IMG/VR virus record: IMGVR_UViG_3300030514_000001
Location: 64,001 to 128,000 of that record
Strand: one strand, 5' to 3'
DNA length: 64,000 bases
DNA from: a virus
Taxonomy: Duplodnaviria; Heunggongvirae; Uroviricota; Caudoviricetes; Herelleviridae
In this document: piece by piece, positions 18,194 to 28,268 of the stretch
Position numbering within the stretch: position 1 is the stretch's first letter
Layout of the letters: every line of letters begins with the position of its first letter
Made by a program: the position numbers and the translations under genes
Notes under the pieces: generated by a model
The model's database searches: none
Seen by the model: only the letters and a program-made list of their open reading frames with translations
Told to the model about the DNA's origin: nothing

Positions 18194-18544
18194 ATGTTAA
18201 CTGTTAATATGGAGCTTGCTATTATGGAATTAAAAGGGATTGCTAGTCATGCTACCCACCTAGCAGACCAGTGGGAACGTGGGTTTGATTATACTACTGA
18301 CTTAGTAAATGATATTAATAAGCGTCTGATTAAAGCGTGTGAGCATATAGAAGGGGCTTTCAATGACACGCGTAATGGTATCATAGCTATTGAATTAGAC
18401 TTCATTGAAGAACGCATTTCAAAGGTATATAATGGCATCTATATGAATGATAGAGTCACGAGTGTTGGACTATTGCACCTAGCACAAGCATGCTATCAAA
18501 CGTGTATGACTATCACTCGATACGCGATGGAGGTGAGAGCCTAA
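18194..18544 (+). CDS. early hypothetical protein
   Basis: GGGAGATGTT SD. Confidence 0.8.
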   Translation: MLTVNMELAIMELKGIASHATHLADQWERGFDYTTDLVNDINKRLIKACEHIEGAFNDTRNGIIAIELDFIEERISKVYNGIYMNDRVTSVGLLHLAQACYQTCMTITRYAMEVRA

Positions 18545-18945
18545 TATATTATATCTTCATTCATTAATATTCTAGATTGTCAAGTATTATTTTGTCAACC
18601 CTTTTCTATATTCAATTTCATAGATATAACCCACCCCGTGCTTTATAGACCATACGTTCGGGGATGGTACCTACCCACCCTCTACTTGGGGTTCAAATTT
18701 TTCACAAAAAATTTTTTAACCTAAATTAAACGCATCTTAAACGTAAATGTTATTACCACCTCCCTATCTCGTACATAATGCCATACAATCTATACCGCTT
18801 ATTATAAGGAGAGATATAATAGCTGCTATTACTAGTCTAGGTGTTATACGCATCTCCCACCCCTTATAAGCTTCTATACTATTCATTATCATATCGACCA
18901 AGAATAGCATCGGCATATACATGAGCATCGAACCCACCCATATAC

Positions 18946-19095
18946 TTACCACGTTAATACTCCGCATAATATATTGAAAGCAGCCATGAATAACAATAAC
19001 GTGCTTAATGCTTTACCCTCACTACCTCTGTTACTCTCATTATGTACGAAGCACCCTAATAGCATGATACCTACACCTAAGTTAAATATTCCCAT
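18946..19095 (-). CDS. small membrane protein (49 aa, not in track)
   Basis: follows family 2 promoter (TTGACT at 19153-19148) and AGAGGAGG SD. Confidence 0.65.
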   Translation of the reverse strand: MGIFNLGVGIMLLGCFVHNESNRGSEGKALSTLLLFMAAFNILCGVLTW

Positions 19096-19244
19096 CGTTA
19101 TTACCTCCTCTTTGTTATACCTTTATAATACACCATCATTAACTTAAAGTCAACAATAAAATACGAAATTTTTTCGGAGCAATGAATATACTATATTGTA
19201 TTATTTACATGTATGAATATAATAAGTAAAGGAGAAGCGACCTA

Positions 19245-19430
19245 TTACAGTCGCTCGATAAATGTTAATACAGTGTATATGATTATTGTCGTCCCTGTCC
19301 ACGTTACAAGAAAGGCATGTAATACTAGCTTACTTGTTTTATATTTACGGATGTTTGTGATTCCTATTATGAATTTCCATGCTGACACGAGGAATATTGC
19401 TAATACACTAAGTAGTGCTGCTATCTCCAT
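19245..19430 (-). CDS. small membrane protein
   Basis: two hydrophobic segments. Confidence 0.7.
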   Translation of the reverse strand: MEIAALLSVLAIFLVSAWKFIIGITNIRKYKTSKLVLHAFLVTWTGTTIIIYTVLTFIERL

Positions 19431-19621
19431 TCGTCATCCTCCTCCCAGTAATATACACGTTCTATTGAATCGAATAAAATTAAGTCTGGGTCATCTTCTA
19501 CCTTTAAAAGTGCAGATACTACATTGTCTGTTGTGTATGTAATATCTGATAACCCACCTGTCGGGTAAAACTCCGGTATATCGAATATCCAGTATCTATG
19601 TTTTAAATTAACTTCTTCCAT
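19421..19621 (-). CDS. hypothetical protein
   Basis: ORF with SD. Confidence 0.7.
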   Translation of the reverse strand: MEEVNLKHRYWIFDIPEFYPTGGLSDITYTTDNVVSALLKVEDDPDLILFDSIERVYYWEEDDEWR

Positions 19622-19633
19622 GTGTATCGCTCC

Positions 19634-20074
19634 TTATCCTCGTAGTTTATTTCCTGTTTTATCGTAGTAGGTGCATGTGTTCTTTTCATGGTCGTCGATA
19701 AACCCATAAATAGTATTTCTACCTAGCTTATATGTATAGAAACGTCCTTCACCATCTTCATATAGATAGTATTTATTCTCTTTGAATGCCTTAAGCCTAT
19801 TTTTGGCTTGGTCTAGAATATGCCATAGTGTCGGTACTTGACCATTATGTTTTTTCTTAATCTTACGTAACTTCTTCTGTAGTCTGTAGTTACCTACTAG
19901 CGTTTTCTTATATGTATGCTTAAGGTTGATTAAGGTTACTGTATGGAATGAGTCATCCAATTCCCCTAGACCTCTATAAAACCCTGACGCACTCTTGATT
20001 GGTTCATTCTGTACGAATGATGATTTCGTTCCTCTAAACTTATGTAACTGTCTTACGCGTGTATGTCTTGTCAT
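19634..20074 (-). CDS. MTRHTR-family protein
   Basis: MTRHTRVRQLHK...GELDDSF. Confidence 0.8.
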   Translation of the reverse strand: MTRHTRVRQLHKFRGTKSSFVQNEPIKSASGFYRGLGELDDSFHTVTLINLKHTYKKTLVGNYRLQKKLRKIKKKHNGQVPTLWHILDQAKNRLKAFKENKYYLYEDGEGRFYTYKLGRNTIYGFIDDHEKNTCTYYDKTGNKLRG

Positions 20075-20262
20075 TATAATTCCCTCCTAATTTATGAATA
20101 TATAATCGATATAACCTACTATGAAAAGCATAGATATGAGAAAGCAAGTGAGTACGATAGCAAAATGAATTATATCGTACTCTTGTGGTCTGTCTACCAT
20201 GTCTTGCATAACAACTAGTCCTAAAACGAGTATAAATACGAATATTAGTAAAGCTATATGTA

Positions 20263-21099
20263 TCATTGTTTTGCTCCTCTATTCTTCTTTTCTATTTGTT
20301 TATGTAGATATGCTGTATGTGCATTATCTTGTGTTGTGAACAATTGAACTGGAGCTGTATCGTGTAATGCAACTTCAAATAGGGTGTCATTGTTGAAGAT
20401 TAATGTTTCTAGCTCGTTTACCTCATTATTCTTATTAACAGGTGCCGCAGAGAATACTTCTAGTGTAACACCTAATACTTTGTATTTTTGTGTCAGAGTG
20501 CCATACGTCTTATCAGATTCGTGATACAACTTACCATAGAAGATATCTCCAGCTTTAGGTTTTCCTCTCCATAGTTCATTCTCCATTACTAGCTTCTCTC
20601 TATATGTAAGTGCTTTTTCTTTTCCGTCTCCTTCTCTATAATATCCATACGGTTGTCGCATCATATCTTTTACAGAGAATAAATACATTTCATCACTATA
20701 TAGATATGGATTTCTAGCTCTATGTGTTGATTCTGCAATGAACGTGTCTTCATGCTCATTAATGCTTGTTACTTCGATTTCCATGCAACGCCAATCTAAA
20801 CGCGGTTCTCCTCCTATTACCTCACACTTGTATAATATATCTCCTACCTCGATTGGGAATGGCTCTTTTACTTTCACTTCTTCTTTCACTTCTGGTTCCT
20901 CCTCTTGTGTAAGCTCTTCTTTTCGTTCTTCTGGTTCTGGTTCTTGTTCTGGGACTTCTATTTTTTCTATTTTTTCTATTTTTTCTATTTTTTCTATTTT
21001 TTCTAATTCTACAAATATAGTATCTAGTTGCTTCTCTTCCGGTTCTACACCGAATACTTTTTTAAGTCTAGCAAACACATCTACCACATTGTCACCCAC
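20263..21099 (-). CDS. hypothetical protein with EKI tandem repeat and two SH3-like segments
   Basis: VGDILY / AGDIFY segments; (EKI)5. Confidence 0.8.
   Translation of the reverse strand: MGDNVVDVFARLKKVFGVEPEEKQLDTIFVELEKIEKIEKIEKIEKIEVPEQEPEPEERKEELTQEEEPEVKEEVKVKEPFPIEVGDILYKCEVIGGEPRLDWRCMEIEVTSINEHEDTFIAESTHRARNPYLYSDEMYLFSVKDMMRQPYGYYREGDGKEKALTYREKLVMENELWRGKPKAGDIFYGKLYHESDKTYGTLTQKYKVLGVTLEVFSAAPVNKNNEVNELETLIFNNDTLFEVALHDTAPVQLFTTQDNAHTAYLHKQIEKKNRGAKQ
20957..21005. repeat. 9-bp tandem repeat TCTATTTTT x5.4
   Basis: perfect units, in frame. Confidence 0.9.
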
Positions 21100-21332
21100 T
21101 CTCTGCTACCGTGTTTTGATACTAATGTGTCCATATACTCTTGTGTTGTCTCTTCGTGGAAGTTAGTTTCCGCATACTCTATGCAATCTACGAACAAGTT
21201 CTCTAATTCACTGTCATTGATTCCTTGTACCATTAACCACTCTTCTATGTATACTTTCTTCTCTCGTGCCTCTGCGAATAACTTAGCTGCTCCTTTAATT
21301 GCATCTGCTACATCAATCGGTAATTGTCCCAT
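21081..21332 (-). CDS. hypothetical protein
   Basis: ORF with SD. Confidence 0.7.
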   Translation of the reverse strand: MGQLPIDVADAIKGAAKLFAEAREKKVYIEEWLMVQGINDSELENLFVDCIEYAETNFHEETTQEYMDTLVSKHGSREWVTMW

Positions 21333-21343
21333 TTTAGTTCCCC

Positions 21344-21646
21344 CTATGATTTTATATCGTATCCTAAGTATAGATTTAAACTTCGTAATTGCATCTCCTC
21401 TGTAATTATGCCATGATAGTAGTCTAGATTACTAGAATATATTTCTACTTCTTTACCTTTAAACCACAATCTAACATCGCTATCGAATACAAAGTGTACA
21501 CGTAATACTTCCCCATATAGCTCGTGGTTCTTGTCAGATACTATGTACCATTTAGAATAGTCATTTATCCATACGGCTTCTCCATCAAAGTTCCGTACGT
21601 ACTCCTTAAACTGATGAGACATGTCTGTATCTAGTATATCTAACAT
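21344..21646 (-). CDS. hypothetical protein
   Basis: AGGAGG SD. Confidence 0.75.
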   Translation of the reverse strand: MLDILDTDMSHQFKEYVRNFDGEAVWINDYSKWYIVSDKNHELYGEVLRVHFVFDSDVRLWFKGKEVEIYSSNLDYYHGIITEEMQLRSLNLYLGYDIKS

Positions 21647-21982
21647 GTTTTCCTCCTATAAGTTATTAATAACCTTTTCGTATTCTTTACCCCATGTATT
21701 GCAGTATACGTATACAGATTGAGCCATGCGGTACTTGTCTAGTTCACCCGCTAAGAATAATTGGTACTTCTTCTTTAATTCTAGTAAGGCTGCTGCATGT
21801 TGCAGTTCATCCATCTCCATTGTTCTCTTCCTCCTCCATCATTTTAAGAATACGTTTATACGCTCGTAACTCTCCAACCCATCTATTGTAACAGGCTATA
21901 TGTAATGGCGATACCAATCTATCTCTATCCTCTTTTAATACTTCTTCTATACACTGGATAGATATCTTTAGCTTCTCCATCA

Positions 21983-22369
21983 TTATTCTCCCTTTTTTTC
22001 CACATACTCGCAAGCGGAGATTAACTTACTAGTATTCACACTATTACGTGTACCGTCAATATCAATCGTTACGAATCGCTTATCATTTAACAATGCTGTT
22101 AACGTTTCGTACCCATCCATATCAATTACGCCTACTTCACTTACCCATGAACCCGGTTGTTTAAACTTAATTTTCATTGTATCTTTCCCCGTCACATCTC
22201 CCTCCACATCATGCATATGACTTAAATAACACTCGTCTTTATCTTTTGTAGGTGTAAACCCTACGATGCAACCCTTACTAACCTTCTTATCTACGATATC
22301 TCTATGATTCTCTAAACAATCGTAACATACTCTTGCAAACATCTTAACCCCTCCATCTCTTAATCTCAT
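21983..22369 (-). CDS. hypothetical protein with CxxC
   Basis: ORF; true start probably MFARV. Confidence 0.7.
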   Translation of the reverse strand: MRLRDGGVKMFARVCYDCLENHRDIVDKKVSKGCIVGFTPTKDKDECYLSHMHDVEGDVTGKDTMKIKFKQPGSWVSEVGVIDMDGYETLTALLNDKRFVTIDIDGTRNSVNTSKLISACEYVEKKGE

Positions 22370-22619
22370 CTGCTACTGTCTTCCACTCACTTTTACCCAT
22401 ACCTTTTGTCCATTTAATCTTTTTAGGTACTTCTCCGATTAGTGTATACCCGTCTTCATCCACTTCTACTTTACCTTCTTCTACAGCCTGTGCAAATTCA
22501 GTAAATGCATCTGCTACGTCTAGTAGGAATGATTGGTCATCTTCTGTTGTAAGTAGCTGACTTATAATGAACAGTCTGTAGAATTTATGCCAATCTTTAA
22601 GGGACTCCAATTCGTTCAC
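22344..22619 (-). CDS. hypothetical protein
   Basis: ORF with SD. Confidence 0.7.
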   Translation of the reverse strand: MNELESLKDWHKFYRLFIISQLLTTEDDQSFLLDVADAFTEFAQAVEEGKVEVDEDGYTLIGEVPKKIKWTKGMGKSEWKTVADEIKRWRG

Positions 22620-22620
22620 C

Positions 22621-22809
22621 CTAATCCCTCCAATTCGTTTCTGTATCTACGCAAACCTTTAAGTTCTTCTGTAACATCTCATAAAACTTATCCTCGTCAA
22701 CTTGTATGTACTGATATCCTTTAGCTGTTTGGACTTCGATACGAACTTCATTATCGAACCCTGTTCCTGTTACATTTACGTATCCGCCCCATAAGTCATT
22801 TTTAACCAT
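22621..22809 (-). CDS. hypothetical protein
   Basis: coupled ORF. Confidence 0.7.
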   Translation of the reverse strand: MVKNDLWGGYVNVTGTGFDNEVRIEVQTAKGYQYIQVDEDKFYEMLQKNLKVCVDTETNWRD

Positions 22810-23054
22810 TAACGTCGCCCCTTCACTATTTTTAATACCCGATAACCGTATTTACTATATGATACATAGTTATTAAACACGTTAGGATATGTCTCAATCC
22901 TACGCCATTCGAACGTCGGGTCTATATCTCCGAACTCCGTATACACCTCAATATTTCCTTTTATGTCTGTATTAGAACCTTTAAAATACATCCCGTGCAA
23001 GCTTCTATCCTTACATAACTTTTTCATCTGTCTGTTACGTGTATGTCTAGTCAT
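22809..23054 (-). CDS. MTRHTR-family protein
   Basis: MTRHTRNRQMKK...GDIDPTFEW. Confidence 0.8.
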   Translation of the reverse strand: MTRHTRNRQMKKLCKDRSLHGMYFKGSNTDIKGNIEVYTEFGDIDPTFEWRRIETYPNVFNNYVSYSKYGYRVLKIVKGRR

Positions 23055-23323
23055 ATCCAGTACTTCTCCAAACTCGAATCACTTGTATAACGTTGATTAA
23101 ATAAGCGATTGTAATCTCCAGAACCATCTTTAAACAAGCTTGCAATCATATCTTCTCGGCGTTTAATATCTCGCCTCAAGTCTTCAATTATACCTCGTTG
23201 TAAGCTTAGTTTAGCTGTTTTATCTTCGTAGCAGCTCTTACACAGCGCATCGTATCTAAAAGCCATGTAAATATCCCGCTCACGTATATCTTTATTACAG
23301 CATCCACAACGTAGTTCCATCAC
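23051..23323 (-). CDS. zinc-finger hypothetical protein
   Basis: CGCC...CKSC. Confidence 0.7.
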   Translation of the reverse strand: MMELRCGCCNKDIRERDIYMAFRYDALCKSCYEDKTAKLSLQRGIIEDLRRDIKRREDMIASLFKDGSGDYNRLFNQRYTSDSSLEKYWI

Positions 23324-23508
23324 TCATACCCCTTTTCTCGCAACATAATCGCATGTATCGCTTCTAATACCTGATAAGATAGTTCCTTATCCTCTTTTAA
23401 TCGTTCAAACGGTACATCTGCTAAAATTACAATACCTGCATACCAGAATGTGAACCCATCCTCATTTACAGTAAACGAAACTAAATCATCTAGTTCTATC
23501 ATTCTCAA
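23320..23508 (-). CDS. hypothetical protein
   Basis: coupled ORF. Confidence 0.65.
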   Translation of the reverse strand: MRMIELDDLVSFTVNEDGFTFWYAGIVILADVPFERLKEDKELSYQVLEAIHAIMLREKGYE

Positions 23509-23740
23509 TCATCCCTTCCACTACCATAATTGCCATCCCATATGCAGTAGCGCTACCTGCATGCATGCCTTTATACAGTATTCTCTCTTCACGCTCTGTA
23601 AGTGTAGAGTTATCAATATCATTATAATACTCAAGTAATTTTTCTTGTCTTTCACATTTTCTATCTAACCTCTTAATAAGTTCATTAGCGTCCACGTTTC
23701 TTCCTCCCCTTCTTGTCCTCTTTATATCTATCACGAGCAT
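23486..23740 (-). CDS. hypothetical protein
   Basis: ORF; real start probably internal GTG after GGGGAGG. Confidence 0.6.
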   Translation of the reverse strand: MLVIDIKRTRRGGRNVDANELIKRLDRKCERQEKLLEYYNDIDNSTLTEREERILYKGMHAGSATAYGMAIMVVEGMIENDRTR

Positions 23741-24279
23741 ACAAGAGGTCTAGTATGCATCCTATAAGTTCTAGTACACATTCAATTAATGTATGCATCT
23801 TATTACCCCTCTTCTATGATGCCGCTAATTCGCATTTCTTTAAAGAAGTCTGCTTTAGTCATATTCACAGCGCCTATTAGCTCCCATTCTCTCATAATAC
23901 TAATCTCTATCATGCCATTTTCATATAAGTCGATATCTACCCAATCCCCTTCTTTCGTATTGGCGTATAATCGCGCTGTTTTATCTATCATCTTCTTCCG
24001 CTCTCCTTTCATCCTCGGCATAGATACAAGGGAAGCATATCACCTTGTCATCCCATATTATACCGCTACTTACTAGACCACCGCAATCCCAACATTGCTC
24101 GACTTCCACGTTTTATTCCTCCTCCGTTCTTTCGTCTATTTTGTCGATGTAGTCTCCTAGTTGTTTCGATGTAATAATGTCTGCGTGATACAGCTCATGT
24201 AATGCTAGTGTTAATGTGTGTGCTTTTTCTACAGTAAACAGGTTATTCATAAATATCTCTCCTTTGTTGGTCATTTCTA

Positions 24280-24654
24280 TTATAAATCGAAGTCATATAG
24301 GCTTTTAATACGGCTCTTAAGCCGATACAGCTCGTCTAGTTGCGCTTCATACCTAATGTATGTTAAATACTCGAAAGCTGTGTGCTGGTCTTCTATGAAG
24401 TTATTTTCTATTGCTTTCTGCTTCTTCTCTTTAAGTTCTATCTCATCCTCGATGTCGAAGACGATGTTAATACTTGTATTGTATAAGTAGTTTAATATTT
24501 CTAATACGGCTTCTGCTTGTACAATCTCTTTGTATACAACTTCTCGTTTTAAATAGTTAGCTTCTAGTTTCCACTTCGCTTTCCCGATAACACCTATGTA
24601 GTATTCGATTCTCTCTTCCATTAAGTTTGCAATCTCTTTTACTTGTTGAGCCAT
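24280..24654 (-). CDS. hypothetical protein
   Basis: helical ORF, loosely similar in pattern to 25567-25980. Confidence 0.75.
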   Translation of the reverse strand: MAQQVKEIANLMEERIEYYIGVIGKAKWKLEANYLKREVVYKEIVQAEAVLEILNYLYNTSINIVFDIEDEIELKEKKQKAIENNFIEDQHTAFEYLTYIRYEAQLDELYRLKSRIKSLYDFDL

Positions 24655-24657
24655 TAC

Positions 24658-24918
24658 TTACCACCCTTTCGTTTTAACTGGGAACCATGTACCGTATGTA
24701 TCTTCATTTCCACCGAACTCTACCACGTTAAATGTACCTTTTTTATTTAGGAATCCCCAACCTTCGAAATTACGGTGCCATTTAAAAGTTGCATCTAAAT
24801 CCCCTGCTGCTTTCTCGTCGCGCACCATTCTTTCGATAGGAAGGTTTGTCATACCCTTCCAGTTATTACCCCTTTTAGTGAGCTTGTCCATTTGTCGGTT
24901 ACGTGTGTGTCTTGTCAT
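24658..24918 (-). CDS. MTRHTR-family protein
   Basis: MTRHTRNRQMDK...GDLDATFKW. Confidence 0.8.
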   Translation of the reverse strand: MTRHTRNRQMDKLTKRGNNWKGMTNLPIERMVRDEKAAGDLDATFKWHRNFEGWGFLNKKGTFNVVEFGGNEDTYGTWFPVKTKGW

Positions 24919-25565
24919 TACATTCCCTCCTCTAAGTTAATCACATGTTCTCTTAAACATATAAGTGTAACTTCGGAATCTTCTACTTCTCGTTGCATCT
25001 CTTGTTCATTTCCGTCTCTGTCATCGACAACAAATCGAATTAACAACATCTGATATTTAGTTCCGTATACATCTTTCTTATACTCGCCTACAACCTCCGC
25101 TAAACGCTTACCGTATTTTACAATGTCTCCTGCAACATACTCTTGTTTTCTCCCTACTTTATTGAATGCTAACTCTATTTTATGTGAGCGAACTTCTTCA
25201 TCTGCTAGTTGTACAAACGAAGCTTTTTCTAAATGTATCCAACTTGCGTATTCGTCATTATCCCAGAGAGCAGAAACTCTATAACCGTCATCGATGCTCG
25301 TTACCTTTCCTTTATACACTTTACCGTTCTCCGTAGCTGCTACCCACTGACCTACTTCCGGTATGAACTTATATAAAGAAAACTCTTTTTCTAGTAACCA
25401 ATTAAATGCAGCGTGGTATGTATGCCATCCTGTCTTACCCAACTTATTCATTAACTTTAGTTGTCCTTCTTCCATCTTAAACAGTACGTTCGGTGTTGTT
25501 GTTTCGAAAACAATTTCCCCATCCATTAAAGCGTCTATTGTTTGTTTGTTTTTAAGTGTTGTCAT
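24918..25565 (-). CDS. hypothetical protein with SH3/Tudor-like segments
   Basis: EVGQWVAA...YKGKVTSI and AGDIVKY segments. Confidence 0.8.
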   Translation of the reverse strand: MTTLKNKQTIDALMDGEIVFETTTPNVLFKMEEGQLKLMNKLGKTGWHTYHAAFNWLLEKEFSLYKFIPEVGQWVAATENGKVYKGKVTSIDDGYRVSALWDNDEYASWIHLEKASFVQLADEEVRSHKIELAFNKVGRKQEYVAGDIVKYGKRLAEVVGEYKKDVYGTKYQMLLIRFVVDDRDGNEQEMQREVEDSEVTLICLREHVINLEEGM

Positions 25566-25566
25566 T

Positions 25567-25980
25567 TTACCATTCTCCTTCTATTGTTTTTCTAACTGTT
25601 ATTTTTATATAGTTCACTTCACTAATTATCCTATTGTGCAATGTATAGTCCATGTAATCTTCGTACAACAATGAGCTTACTATGGCGGCTTTCTCAATGT
25701 GGTCGCGCATCCGTGTTCTATCTCGTATAATGAAGTCCAGAAGTTGATTAACTTCTAAATCACTACCAGTCTGATTAAGGTCGTACAATAGCTCATTTAG
25801 CTTTTCGATGATACGTTTATGTATAGATATACGTTTTAGTACTGTTTCCTTCTTACCTATCTGATACATGTCATGCCCTTTCAAACTTGCAAATTCTCCT
25901 ACTCTAATAGCTACATCTTTAAGTAAATCATCTATCCGCTCGTAAACGACTTTTTTCGTAACTTCTTTTAGCTCGTCCAT
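25567..25980 (-). CDS. hypothetical protein
   Basis: follows family 2 promoter (26038-26033). Confidence 0.8.
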   Translation of the reverse strand: MDELKEVTKKVVYERIDDLLKDVAIRVGEFASLKGHDMYQIGKKETVLKRISIHKRIIEKLNELLYDLNQTGSDLEVNQLLDFIIRDRTRMRDHIEKAAIVSSLLYEDYMDYTLHNRIISEVNYIKITVRKTIEGEW

Positions 25981-26066
25981 CTGTATTACCTCCTCTTTGT
26001 TATAACTTTATATTACACTACCTTTTACTTAAAGTCAACAAGTTTTTAAGAAAAAGAGAGTATTTT

Positions 26067-26297
26067 CTACTCTCCTTTGTTGTTTTGTCTGTAGGCTATA
26101 TCAATCTGTTGTCTAGCTTCTATTCTCGTCCACTCCCACGAGCGTACCGTCTTCTCTCTTTTACACTTAGGGCAATAAATATGAATCTTCTCTGTATAAG
26201 AGTATACAACACCGGATGTATCTGGTACCATTTCTGTTGCTACATAATGAAAGTCGTGGTCACATCGTAGTATTTTAAACAAGCTGAACATAATCAA
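26067..26297 (-). CDS. zinc-ribbon hypothetical protein
   Basis: CDH...YCPKC. Confidence 0.7.
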   Translation of the reverse strand: MIMFSLFKILRCDHDFHYVATEMVPDTSGVVYSYTEKIHIYCPKCKREKTVRSWEWTRIEARQQIDIAYRQNNKGE

Positions 26298-26300
26298 TCC

Positions 26301-26570
26301 CTACTTCCATGTTCTGACATCAATAATTTGAAATATTCTAGCTTTCATAGCATCAAACGATTCCTTACCTGTAAGATAGATTAAATTAGTCATTTTAACT
26401 TGGTGCCATCTACGCGGTGAGAACCAAAGGAACCCTTCATCTAGGATTCCTATAGCCTTGTACACCTGTCTGTTTTCTTCTATGGAAGGTGTTCGTAGCA
26501 TAATGCTGTTAATTGTCGCTTGTTTAATCGTTGCCTTGTTTAGTTGTTTGTATCGCACATGTCTAGTCAT
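26301..26570 (-). CDS. MTRHTR-family protein (divergent)
   Basis: MTRHVRYKQLNK...GILDEGFLW. Confidence 0.75.
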   Translation of the reverse strand: MTRHVRYKQLNKATIKQATINSIMLRTPSIEENRQVYKAIGILDEGFLWFSPRRWHQVKMTNLIYLTGKESFDAMKARIFQIIDVRTWK

Positions 26571-26685
26571 TAGTATTCTTCTCCCATCTCTTCTAACTTT
26601 TCTAAAAGTCTATCTATTTCTACATTAGCTTCATCGATTCTGTCAAAATACATGTCTATTTTATGTCGAATCTCGTCACTGGTCA

Positions 26686-27027
26686 TTAAAATTCTCCCTC
26701 TCCTAAATACGATTCGATTGTTTGCTTCAATTGTTCATTTTCCTCTTCCAAATCTCTCACTTGTTCTTCCAAATCACTAACTTCACCGCATAGTTCGTCA
26801 TATGACTCTTCCAACTCTCTAGCGCTAGATTCGAGGTCGTCATACTGATTATCTAGTTCTGTTGCCTCCTCTTCAATTGATTTAGCTAATTCTTCCAGTT
26901 CCTCGTACATAACCGGAGATAACTTTTCTATATTGTTATTAATAAACATTTCTACTAACTCACCTAAAGCAGTACTTCGTGATTTAGCCTGATATACTTC
27001 TCTTCCATTAATAATTAATCCGTCCAT
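26686..27027 (-). CDS. acidic coiled-coil protein
   Basis: heptad E/L pattern. Confidence 0.8.
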   Translation of the reverse strand: MDGLIINGREVYQAKSRSTALGELVEMFINNNIEKLSPVMYEELEELAKSIEEEATELDNQYDDLESSARELEESYDELCGEVSDLEEQVRDLEEENEQLKQTIESYLGEGEF

Positions 27028-27437
27028 TATGCTTGCCCCTTTCTTTTCATTGCATGTTTATACCATAAGTTTTTTACATATGCTTCTGCTATAGCATCAT
27101 CTCCGGTGGTTTTCTTAACTTCTTCGATAAACTCTAGCACCATATGATGATAGTAGTATTTCAAATCATCTAGCTCTTCGTTGGTTTTAGATAAATTATT
27201 GATTATCTCTTCCATAGAATGCGCATAATCATGTGTAATTTTCTCTTCCTGCGATTCTCTTTCTTTCTCTTGCTCCATTAGTCGTACTCGCTGCTGCAAT
27301 TGATTAACTTGAATGCGTAGGTCTTTGTTCTTTTGCCACATATCAGATTCACTTTGCGAAATAACTTCCCCTAACTCCTTTTTAAGTGCTTTATGATTCT
27401 CATTTATTACCGTCATTACTAATGCATCTGTTCTCAT
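27027..27437 (-). CDS. coiled-coil hypothetical protein
   Basis: coupled ORF. Confidence 0.8.
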   Translation of the reverse strand: MRTDALVMTVINENHKALKKELGEVISQSESDMWQKNKDLRIQVNQLQQRVRLMEQEKERESQEEKITHDYAHSMEEIINNLSKTNEELDDLKYYYHHMVLEFIEEVKKTTGDDAIAEAYVKNLWYKHAMKRKGQA

Positions 27438-28015
27438 TATGCTTCCTCCTTAAGATTAGCTATTTCTTCTTCCCAAGCTACAGCTTGTCTTGCGTAATAA
27501 TCTGCATACTCTTCCGACTCTCTTAACTTCTTCTCATATGTTTTGATGCGGTGAGCCTTAGTATGTTCGTCCCATTTCTTTTCTGCTTTCCACATATCTC
27601 GCTGGTTGCCTTGATATTTGTAGATACCTAGACTTGTAATAACTTCTGCTTCGAACGCAGGAGCAATCCAGTCACAACCATTTCCGCAGCAACGCTTAAC
27701 CGGGTTGTATCCCTCATCTTCCGGTTCGCATTCACAGTAACCCCACATTCTGTCATCAGGTAACAGTCTAATATCGTAACGGCGGTTTGTATCATGGATA
27801 AACACTTGAATCGTTCCGTCTGTATACCCACCTGTTCTATCCTTATCGTAGCAGATGTCGATACCATACTCCTCTACATCTACTAAAAGAGTAGTAAGAA
27901 CATCCGCGTACTCTACCATATTTTCATAGTGCCGAATAAGCGTTGCCATGTCTCCCGGTTTTGCCCCTAAAATAAATTCTTTTAATTTACCAAAAAACTT
28001 TTCTCCAAATTGCAT
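27437..28015 (-). CDS. hypothetical protein with Cys cluster
   Basis: YCEC...CCGNGCDW. Confidence 0.8.
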   Translation of the reverse strand: MQFGEKFFGKLKEFILGAKPGDMATLIRHYENMVEYADVLTTLLVDVEEYGIDICYDKDRTGGYTDGTIQVFIHDTNRRYDIRLLPDDRMWGYCECEPEDEGYNPVKRCCGNGCDWIAPAFEAEVITSLGIYKYQGNQRDMWKAEKKWDEHTKAHRIKTYEKKLRESEEYADYYARQAVAWEEEIANLKEEA

Positions 28016-28074
28016 ATTTTGTTTCCCCCTTGTATATACTCTTAGTACAAACTTATTTAATTGTAAGTTATGTA

Positions 28075-28266
28075 TTATTTCTTGAAGTATCCGCTTTCTA
28101 ATAAAGTGTTTAGTGCTACACCTGCTAAATTTACAGCTAAAGCCGAGCCAATAAGTAGTGTAATTAAGTATCCGTCACTAACTGTATTACCCGTATAAAT
28201 ATTCCAAACTGCACCTAGACACAAAGCTCCAAAAGCGATAGATGAATATCTGATTACATGCTTCAT
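28075..28266 (-). CDS. small membrane protein
   Basis: two hydrophobic segments. Confidence 0.75.
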   Translation of the reverse strand: MKHVIRYSSIAFGALCLGAVWNIYTGNTVSDGYLITLLIGSALAVNLAGVALNTLLESGYFKK

Positions 28267-28268
28267 AA

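Noticed and set aside
24918..25565. Tad2-like anti-Thoeris N-terminus
   Set aside because: Only a vague IDAL..G..V resemblance; the R..WNG motif is absent
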